A DNA stretch of 64,000 nucleotides from Yuukianura sp. NJ FZ-2021 (taxonomy: Eukaryota), in contig CM102289.1 of assembly GCA_046563655.1 (NCBI GenBank), positions 7,316,001 to 7,380,000 on the forward strand. Reading direction: 5' to 3'. A program made the translations under genes and the position numbers. The stretch's first letter is position 1. Every line of letters begins with the position of its first letter. The notes beneath the pieces were generated by a model that saw only the letters and a program-made list of their open reading frames with translations, was not told the DNA's origin and searched no databases. This document shows, in pieces, positions 24,033 through 36,100 of the stretch.

Positions 24033-24799
24033 TCAGAATTTACGATGTAATTTAGTACTTGCATGCAGCAGCCATGTATACTCAGATGCCATGCGCAATC
24101 CGAACACTTCAGTCGTGTTTCCAAGCAGCCGTGCAGCATCTTCATCAATGGCAAAACATACTTCTTCTCCATCAGCAGCATTTGCAAAGTATCTCCCACT
24201 ACTACATTTGACTAGCGCTTCACGATCAGGAACTTGCCGCTGAAGGAGGTAAGTTTGGAATTCGGGGAAGATCGGAATTCCTCCAGATTGAGGATCGTTG
24301 CAGAACGGATACGGATTCCATAGTTTTCCATCCGGACATTTAGCAAAACCGGCGTAGAGGTCGTGAGCAGGAACAGTATTTGCGTTGGCAGATAGGACTC
24401 CCCATACAACAAGCACGACGATAATAGGTATAAGACACAGACAGCAAATACCGCAAACAGTGCCGACGATGATCCAGATGATGCAATTCCGGTTTTGGCG
24501 CTGTTCCCGCTGCATCGCTGCCGGATCTCCTGCTGGCACGGGATACAACCCCGCCTTCAGGCAGCAAATTAACTTTTAGCATTAAAATTGAAAGTTATAG
24601 ATTGAACTTTTACTAGTACGAGCATTTTTTGAACTAACCTGCATGCCAAATGGAGTTGGATTGTAAACCGGCTGCATCCCAACTGGAGGCGGATTGCTGG
24701 GATAATTACCCTGGTAAAGAAGCCGTAAATTCGTGTAAGCTTTGTATTTGAAATCCAACGTTATTTTTGTTTAAAAAATGCGAAACTTACTTGTTGCAT
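24033..24799 (-). CDS. Tandem-family diverged outlier H (4-Cys variant, Cys-rich TM)
   Basis: Micro-exon ATG CAA CAA|GTAAGT at 24799, exon ~24711-24640 (GNYPSNPPPVGMQPVYNPTPFGMQ), then a last exon ending at 24033. KCPDGKLW...CNDPQ...KCSSGRY...NAADGEEVC aligns with the family domain. It carries the same upstream motif aatgtggattcgaaaatc. Confidence 0.7.
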
Positions 24800-25214
24800 G
24801 GCGCAAAAGGAATGTGGATTCGAAAATCTAAAACAAAAGATGTCTATCGGATGCAAAATTACAGCACTGCTGCTGTGCAAGAAATGTCAAAGCGCCGGCG
24901 CAGAAACGGACAACAATTTTCTCTAACTTATGCTCGAATTATTCCCCGCGATTTAGTGGTCACAAATTCTTCAAGTGTTTTTTTTACTACTCGTTTATTT
25001 ATAACTGCAGTTTTCGTCTCTACTATCAACCGGCTAATATTCGAACAAATTATTTTGTAACGTGGTTTCGTACAGAACATCAGCGTAGCATCGAATAGTT
25101 CTTGGTTTCTATTTCTACTGTACTACTTACCGCAATGTATGAAACTTATAGTAGAACAACAATTTCAAACTAACAATTCGTACGTTTAACCAGGCTTCCA
25201 CTGTTTAAGCGCGT

Positions 25215-27797
<2,583 letters not shown>

Positions 27798-28775
27798 TTA
27801 TACTGGATGCCTTCAAAGGGAAATCTTTGTTCAGCCATTTAGTATAAACCGGTTTTTCGTTTTCATTATTTGCCATTTAGTTTTATTAACTGGAATTAGG
27901 AGGAGCCTAAAATATCGCCTACCTGAAAATTTTCAAATTTTTCACCCAAAATAAATATTTTTAGTTAGATTCAAGCAAAAAGAAAGTTCTCATTCTGTTC
28001 ATGTTCTTGACTTAAAAAAATGAAGCATGACAGCACGAATGCTTAAGTTAGAAATATTATTTACTACTACGTTATTACAAAATGTTGATCAAACTTGTGG
28101 CGTGTAGAATGCACAATGCACATTTGGCAGAAGTAGAATTTCTTAAAGTCAAAGTCAAGCAAGGTCAAGTTCAAAATTTCTTTTTTGACATTTCGACCTT
28201 GATTTTTTTGGAATGTCCAAAATACGAAATTGCTAAAAAAGGAAAGCTTCCAAGCGTGAATCATTTTTGCCGTCACCACCACATTTTAAAACTGCAAAAA
28301 AAAAATTATGGGTGTTCCAACAATTTTGTGACCAAAAACAATGCCACCTAATCTCTGCCTGCAATTTGGAATCTCATATCAAAATCAGCAGGTTTTTTAC
28401 TATACCTTTACTATGTCGGACTCGGACGGCTTCGTCAGCCCCTCCAAAGTTCTGCTATAACCAAAAGTTCTGGAGTGCAAAAAAAGTTTTTTGGGCAAAA
28501 TTGTGCTTTTAGCACACAATCCTGAGTAGAGCCAAAAACAGTGACAATCCGTATCCATCAGCCGGTCAGCCCAAAGTCATTGAATATAATTGACACCACA
28601 CCCTAGCCAGACTTGTTTGAAAATTATTCTTCTCCGTCCAAATTGTGTAAGTTTTGTTCGTATTTTACAAAAATTTCTCCTTTTCTGATACTTTTTTCGC
28701 CGAAGACAACTGGGCTACACTAATTTTTGAAATTCACAAAAGAAATCAACAAACTCATACTGCTTTACTAACTAC

Positions 28776-28965
28776 CAGGGTTGTCAAAAATATGTGCTAA
28801 AAAGTCCCGAAATATTAACAAAAAGATACTTTTTTTTCTTCAAAATCGCCCAAATATTTCCTTAATAGCATATGCAAATAAGTACATATTTAGCAACAAA
28901 TATCCCGCAGATATTTTTTTTATTAACTTCACGGACGCGGGGACTAAATATGTTTGACATCCCTG
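28776..28965. mobile_element. hAT-like MITE, ~190 bp
   Basis: The left end cagggttgtcaaaaatat matches the reverse complement of the right end (cagggatgtcaaacatat) at 16/18 positions. The flanking 8-mers ctaactac and ctaattag match at 6/8, consistent with a decayed 8-bp TSD. Confidence 0.6.
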
Positions 28966-29086
28966 CTAATTAGTGATGACGTGATGCGCTTGATTTTTGC
29001 AATTTGAGTGCAGACTCTACTTTTGAAAATTAAATAAAAATTATTATTATTATTATGTTTTTTTTGTAATTTACAGATTTTTGAAA

Positions 29087-30010
29087 ATGGTTGGCCAATG
29101 GATCAGCGACGGTTCGCCGCAGATTCACATCAGCTCAGATGGAACTGAAGTGGAAAGTGTCATGACCGATGGATCTTCTGGCGGGAACGTTTTCAACGCA
29201 ATGTGGAAAGAAGCTGAAGAGGGCGCCACTAGTGGAACACACTACTGGAAAATCCATGTCACAAATTTGGAATCAAATTCCGTTTTTGTTGGATTCACGG
29301 ATTTAGAAAAATTCAAAAAAGGCTGGGCAATGAAAGGCCTACTCTTCGGTGGACCCGGGAATCTTTCAAACGGCGGAGCTCTCGTTCTCGGTGGCTATGG
29401 ACCGCATATTAAGTCTGGCAATACGGTCGGAATGTTGGCAGCATTTGACAGCGGGAAACTCAAAATCTGGTTTGACCTTGACGGAGAACCTTTGGGTCAA
29501 GCCTTTGACCTTCATGAATCAACTCTCAATGGAATATATCCGTGTGTCCATTTCAGTGGAGCAGGAAAGGCAACTATTGTCAAGAGTGACGAAATTCCAA
29601 CGGATTTGAATCGAAGAGAGCCAGTTTACGAGGGAATTGAAGGGAACTGGAAATGCTTGGAATTCAAAGGAGCTAAGCCCGCCACTGGAGTGAGCGTGGG
29701 AATTTTTAAAAACGAAGATGGCGCTGAAGGTTTCCGTGTCCACTTGCGTGTGTTGAACAGCATTAATTATGGAATTCATCATGACGCAAGTACTGGAAAA
29801 TGGACTGGTTCTGGTGGAATGACGACTTTAATGGGTGGCCCACCGGAACTTATGAAATTGGAACATGACATGAAAGATTTATTTGCAAGTCCGTCCAAGG
29901 TTGAAGTTGAAGATGGAAATCTGGTGGTGACTAGTACTTCCGATGCTACTTCCAAATGGCAGCGATACTCTACTGCTAAAGCCGCAGTTACACAAAACCC
30001 ATTTCACTGA
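29087..30010 (+). CDS. SPRY-domain + META/HslJ-like domain protein, intronless CDS (307 aa)
   Basis: ATG at 29087, just after a tacag acceptor (29076). SPRY-like motifs SGTHYWKIHV, VFVG, IKSGNTVGM, DGEPLGQAF, IYPCV. The C-terminal half has EGNWKC...N...TTLMGGPPELMKLEHDM, resembling the META-domain TxMxxPxxxMxxE motif. Confidence 0.75.
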   Translation: MVGQWISDGSPQIHISSDGTEVESVMTDGSSGGNVFNAMWKEAEEGATSGTHYWKIHVTNLESNSVFVGFTDLEKFKKGWAMKGLLFGGPGNLSNGGALVLGGYGPHIKSGNTVGMLAAFDSGKLKIWFDLDGEPLGQAFDLHESTLNGIYPCVHFSGAGKATIVKSDEIPTDLNRREPVYEGIEGNWKCLEFKGAKPATGVSVGIFKNEDGAEGFRVHLRVLNSINYGIHHDASTGKWTGSGGMTTLMGGPPELMKLEHDMKDLFASPSKVEVEDGNLVVTSTSDATSKWQRYSTAKAAVTQNPFH

Positions 30011-30471
30011 AAAGGAAACAACTACTGGATGGAGGAGTCACTGGATGAACTAGTTAAATATTGGCAGCATATGTCCAAATTAATCCAGTTAATGATTTAG
30101 AGTTACTTCATTAAGTGGTGCTGAAGGAATCACTGGTGATTAGAGAACATGTCCTTACCTTATAAGTATTAACTCTTGGTGCTTTTTAACATTTTGAAAC
30201 AAAATGTAAAAATTATTGGTACAGGTTTCAAAATTTTGGAAGTTTTAATTATAATTTGCAAGAGGGTTTACAATAAATAATTTCTTTATGGCATGCTAGT
30301 ACAATGGATGTTCGAAATCCTAACGGTACTTTATCTATAAAGTATATTTTAAAATCTCATCATCTTCATATTTTTAAGAAATTGAAAGTATTTTTCTCAC
30401 ATGTCAATTGAAACATCGTACATTGCAATGCGTTGGTTAGAATGAGTATGATTTTTGTTCATCATCCTTTC

Positions 30472-30590
30472 GCCAAGGTCCATACCACGTTGAAAGCACC
30501 AGTTCTCGTCCGATCACTGAAGTTAAGCAACGTCGGGCCCGGTTAGTACTTGGATGGGTGACCGCCTGGGAACCCCGGGTGCTCTTGGCT
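30472..30590 (+). rRNA. 5S ribosomal RNA, copy 1
   Basis: 119 nt gccaaggtccataccacgttgaaagcacc...gaagttaagc...ttagtacttggatgggtgaccgcctgggaacccc...ttggct. The 5' and 3' ends pair, the internal Pol III boxes are present, and a T-run terminator follows. Confidence 0.97.
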
Positions 30591-30677
30591 TCTTTTTTTA
30601 CCAGCATTTTCAAATTTTTATATTTTGGAATCTGGGGAACTTGTGCTTTGACTGTGTGTTATTTTCCTTCTCCTTTC

Positions 30678-30796
30678 GCCAAGGTCCATACCACGTTGAA
30701 AGCACCAGTTCTCGTCCGATCACTGAAGTTAAGCAACGTCGGGCCCGGTTAGTACTTGGATGGGTGACCGCCTGGGAACCCCGGGTGCTCTTGGCT
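30678..30796 (+). rRNA. 5S ribosomal RNA, copy 2
   Basis: Identical to copy 1, 206 bp downstream, followed by a T-run. Confidence 0.97.
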
Positions 30797-30886
30797 TCTT
30801 TTTTTTTTAACGCCAACTTCAAATTTGTATATTTTTCAATGTGGGGAACTTGTGCTTTGACTTTGTGTTATTTTCCTTTTCCTTTC

Positions 30887-31005
30887 GCCAAGGTCCATAC
30901 CACGTTGAAAGCACCAGTTCTCGTCCGATCACTGAAGTTAAGCAACGTCGGGCCCGGTTAGTACTTGGATGGGTGACCGCCTGGGAACCCCGGGTGCTCT
31001 TGGCA
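30887..31005 (+). rRNA. 5S ribosomal RNA, copy 3
   Basis: Identical except for the terminal base (ggca), 209 bp after copy 2, followed by a T-run. Confidence 0.96.
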
Positions 31006-31811
31006 TTCTTTTTGTTCATTTTCTTAAATTTTATTTTTATTTTTTTCATTAAAAAAATGTTTTTTATGCAAGCACACTTTCGCTCAATTGAAGTATGAGC
31101 TAAATTAAAAAGATCCAATTTAAAAAGTGATGCCTAATTTTTAACCATAATTATCCCTCAATTACTTAGGTCAGCAGTTACTTTAACTTAGCTTTCTTTG
31201 TGACACAATTTTCATTGTAATAGAGTTCAAAAGCTCTGACTAATTTTCTTTGTAATCGCAGAATTGAGTCATGCTAAATACAAACTCAGCAAAACTCCCA
31301 CAGAATAAATACTGACAGTACGGATAACAGCAGTTTAATTTCGTACCGTAAAGTTTCTCGTCGTGGTCTTTATACTTGCTAGGATTAACAAAAAGGAAAT
31401 GTTACCTTTTATAGCCGAATCTTTTCCTAGATTTTTTTTATACTTACAAATTTTAACTGGTCAAAAAATTGCATTTAACAGTTTTGTTTCTCAAATTGGT
31501 ACCAGCGCCACACAACCAATCATAAACCCTTGGACAAGCAGCGCGAAACTCAATTTGGAAAAATGCTTTTTGCAAGCGTTGCATTTTTTTTACAGATGTT
31601 TTACAGAGGATGAGTGCAAGCAGATGAGTATAAACACGGTTTTTAGTTCAACTTTAGATCTCATTGCGGACGCGGATTGAGTGGAAAGGGCTAAAAACTA
31701 TCTAGAAGGTAATTGTCGTTCTAAACTTTACACTGATATGTTTTTCCAACGACACGGTCACCAAAATTGGTCTTGAATTACAGTTGGAAGGCGTTGCCAT
31801 TGCTTACAAAA

Positions 31812-32915
31812 ATGGAGACGACGGCAGATGTCACCACCGACACCAGTTACCATTGTTCCTATTGCTTGACGGAGGTGTCAGCAGCCGAAGTCAAGAAGTG
31901 TGGTAAGTGTCATCGCCGAGCTTACTGTAGCAAGGACTGTCAAGTCGCTGACTGGAAACCGAAATTCTCTGGGGACAAATCGCTTCAGCGCGGTCAAGGG
32001 CACAAAAATTGGTGCGGATTGGACTATGGGGAGGAGGATTTGGATTGGAAGGTAGTTCCGGTCGAAGGTAAAGGACTTGGAGTGGTTGCTCTTCGGTCAT
32101 TTCCAGCAATGTCAAGGATCATGGTCGATGCTTGTCAACTACGTCCCGAAGCTCATCCACAAACGGCAACATTGGTCCCGATTGATGGAACTTTGGCTCA
32201 GAAATTTAACTTGAACGCTCTCGGAGTCGACGAGAAATCAGCTGTTCGCGACGTCCTCTGCCTACGGCTTGCCCGAGTGAATCATTCGTGCCACCCTAAT
32301 GCGGATCATGTTTACATCGACGAGCTGGGGGTCAAAGTATGCTTTGTAATCATTTAGTATGATTTACTAACGACAAGTTCCAGGATGATGTAATGTTTTC
32401 ATCTGTTTATTTTTCAGGTTTTGTACTCCGAAAGAGAGATCAAGGCTGGGGAAGAGATTACAATCAACTACATCGCTTGGAACGACATTTCGAAGCCGGA
32501 TATGTTCCTCATGCAGCAGATGATGTTGAAAATAAAGTGGGGAATTCGTTGTCCCGAGGATTGCAAATGTCGAGATCCCAAAATTGAGGAGCTGATTCGG
32601 CGCTGTCGTGAACTGGACAACTTAATTCCAACTTCAGCATCATCTGGACATCCCGAACGGGCTATGAGGGCCATCAAACAGTTGTTGGCCAACTATCCCT
32701 TGTTCGATGGAGCCCTTGCCAACAGGAAGCGAACTCTCTACGACGGATTTCAAATTGGAATTCTGCGGAAACACACGATCAAAGATGGGATGAATTACCT
32801 TCGTCAACTTAATGACCTGCTTGGACGTATTTGGCATCCAACGGATAAGTACTTGCTCCAATGTCAAGGGTGGTTGCAAAATCCAGCATCCCACCGCAAC
32901 TACTGCAAGTTCTAA
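31812..32915 (+). CDS. zf-MYND + SET domain putative lysine methyltransferase (2 exons, 340 aa)
   Basis: Exons 31812-32336 and 32418-32915. MYND: CSYC...CGKC...YCSKDCQVADW...HKNWC. SET: GKGLGVVA, RVNHSCHPN, IKAGEEITINY. Post-SET-like WGIRCPEDCKC and a helical C-terminus. Confidence 0.88.
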
Positions 32916-33172
32916 CTTCACAGTGTTAAGAGCATGAGTAACTTTATAAGATGAAGATGGTACAATCTTCCCAGATCTGCTTACATTCCTTTGTATGTTT
33001 AAAATGCTGGACTGTGAAACTCCTGCCAATTTACTTATATCCTCAATTTTCAGAATTATAAATGTACAAAAATTTATTTTAGTTTTACTCTCTTCTTTTA
33101 TCAAAATTGTTAACTTATAGAATGACTACACCTTCACCACTCTTTGTTGCTCCCGTGCTTATGTGCCGGTGA

Positions 33173-36100
33173 CTATAGTTTAGGTTATTCTTGCCGAACA
33201 CTACCGATCGTTGCTGTTGCTGAAGACTTTCTTGACTTCTGTTCCTGACAGAAGATCTTGCTTCTTCCTGGGTCAAACTGTCTTCAAACTGCTGTTCCCT
33301 GATTTAAAAAAACAGCATTTGTGCTAAATTGTTCCGGAATTTGTAGCAAAGGCAAATCTTTACCGGAAAATGATATTTTTCGAGCAATTTTTAGAAATTC
33401 TGCGCTAACCTAACTTTTTTAAACTGAACTTACGAAATTGTTGACGATGAATTTCGGTGATTCCGAAAACAGCTACACTGCTGACCATCGGATCCGTCGA
33501 TACCCGAATCATGGCTGGATTGAAGAGGCATTTCTCTAAAACCACAATGGCGAATTTGTTTCATTGGTCCAACGTCTCTCCACCCCTCGTCACTCCTCCC
33601 ACATTTCTTAACGAAAATTGGTTTCTTCAATTTCCGGCAATCCGGACAAATTGAATATCCCGCTTTTTGTAGCGCATGTGACGATCCACGGTGAACGTGA
33701 GTGTGAGTGTGACCTATGACCTCCACGGCATCTGTGTAAGTGTCACTCGTGTGGTCACTACTATTTGACTCTTCGTGTTGTACAGCTAAGGGCTCAGGGG
33801 GCAGTGCCATGGGAAATAGAATAGGACGGATGGGCCCTTTAGCAATTCTGGCACTTCTAGGAATCTGTTTTTGGAGCCGGACGTCCGGCGGGAGAATTGG
33901 AATGTGCCGGTTGATTCGGCGGGAATGTCTCCGTCGTTTTCGAACACAAGCGACTGCGATCGCTGCGACGAGTCCACCTAGAAAAATTACTGCCGAAAGT
34001 GTAAGAACAGCGACTTCTCCCGCGTAATAATTTGAATTTCGTTGTTGCTGTTCCTCATCTGCATCAAAGGCAGTTATTACAGTAGTAACGTTTGGGTAGT
34101 ACGGTTGTGTCGGCCATCTTTGTGATGCTCCACCTTGCCCCACCGTGGAACCACCATGAGGTAGCCTTGAACGTGGTGGGGCTTTTGTGATTATGGCGGG
34201 TTCGGCTGCTTCTGCAGTAGGTTCATGTGTAGAAGTAGTGATTATCTGAGGCGGGAGTTTTTGAATTGGGGCCGGGCGGGAAGGAACTCGGCGCACGCGT
34301 AGTAGAGCTTCGTTTGGTTCCAGCGAGATGTCACTTTGTATCTGTTTAGTTTCAAAATTGCGACGATTTTTTGCATTTGTAGCACGTACTATAAATTCAT
34401 AGACTCTGTTGTCTTCAATAGCTTCCATGAGCAGAATGGCTCCAGTGGTTGGTTCAATTCGAAATTTTGAAATGGTTGCTTTGTCACCAACAATTTCATA
34501 TGTCGTCGGAGTAGTTCTGAAATGTTCGGTTACGTTCATAATTGTTATTAAAAATGGTAACTGAGGGCGGGAAGGCACTTGGTAGGCATAGACTAACTGG
34601 CTAAATAGTCTTTTTGAAATTGGCGCCAATTCGGAACGATTCCTGGAAGGTGACTTGTGAACAGTCACCATCACTAAGGCACTTGAACTTTGACTTGGTT
34701 TGCCATGGTCAGAGGCTATGACAGTCAGATTGTACTGTTGTGCAGTGTCGTAATCTAGGTTGCTTGCGGTAACAATTGAGCCATTTTTTGAATCCAAGTA
34801 AAATTCGCGGTGATGATTTCGCAGATGAAGTAAAACGAGACCGTAGCCATTGGAAGTCGAATCGGAGTCATTTGCAAACACCGTGGCGACAACAGTTCCT
34901 GGTGAAACAGTTTCGGAAATATTGGCGACATAAAGTGGTAAATCATTTACATTGGTTGAAAAACCATAAAAAATGGGCTTGTTGTCATTCGTATCTAGAA
35001 TTTCCATTTGAACGTCAACTGAACCCTCAAGAGCTGGATTGCCAGCATCAGTTGCAATTGCTGTCAAAAAATACTTGTCACGCATTTCACGGTCAAGGTC
35101 ACCCGAAATCAGAATTTCTCCAGTAGTTGCGTTAATTAAAAATGGAATTTCCTCTTGTTCATATTTTGATTTCAAAGAATAAGAAATTTTGCCGTTTGGT
35201 CCCAAGTCCCGGTCATGCGCAATAACTCTGCCGGCAACTCCGACTGATCCTTCCAAAATTTCGAAAACGTAACCACTCTGTTCAAAAATTGGTTGAAAAT
35301 TGTTGACATCGTAGACATGGACTTTGATTTCATTGTGTGTTCTAAGGCCACCACGATCCGATGCTGAAATGTTCAGGGCATATTCGTAATTTGGACGCAG
35401 TGGTTTTGTAACGCTGATTTCACCAGCAGTTCGGTCAATGTTGAAATGACTTTCTCTGTTTCCAGAAAAAGTGTCTGAAATTTCTGGATTTGAACATTTG
35501 GAACCAATTTCACAGTTTTTCTCTACAGCTATCCTAAAAGTTTCCCAAAATATATCAAAGTGTTAAAGATGCTTTTTCAAAATTTAGAAAATTTAAAAAT
35601 CTCAAAACTCACGTGTAAAAAACAATAGAATTTTCAGCAGCATCTCTATCAAAAGCCACAACTCTTGCAATTTTACTTCCAACATCAATCGTTTCCGGAA
35701 TTCGAATTGCCTGCATTGTAGAAATTTCAATCGAAATTGGTAAAGTTGAACTTGATTCCATAAGATCCCGCGTTTCTTGATTTCTATCTAAATCTGGTGG
35801 GTCGATTAGTAAATTCCGTTCAAAAATTGGCGCGTTGTCGTTGACATCGTCAATTGCAATTCGCAATGGCACTCGTGACGACAAATTGCCACTGTCAATT
35901 GCCAGTAGTTCCAGGGCATAACTGGACTTTTCTTCTCTGTCTAGCGGAATGTTTCCAACGTAAATTTTGCCGCTAGATGGATCTACTCGAAAACGATCAG
36001 CGCCGTCTCCTTTTAATTCAATTTGAAACAGAGCATTGACCCCTTCGTCTTTATCATTGACCTTAACAGGATTCGTCAAGGTCACGGGCGTTCCTGGAGG

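Noticed and set aside
28050..28640. Possible transposon-derived sequence upstream of the maltase gene
   Set aside because: I could find no terminal repeats, TSD or transposase coding remnant by eye.
30472..31005. Repeat-spacer pattern resembling a CRISPR array, and ORFs overlapping it
   Set aside because: The repeats are 119-nt 5S rRNA genes, the spacers resemble each other, the context is eukaryotic and there are no cas genes. The ORFs are incidental.
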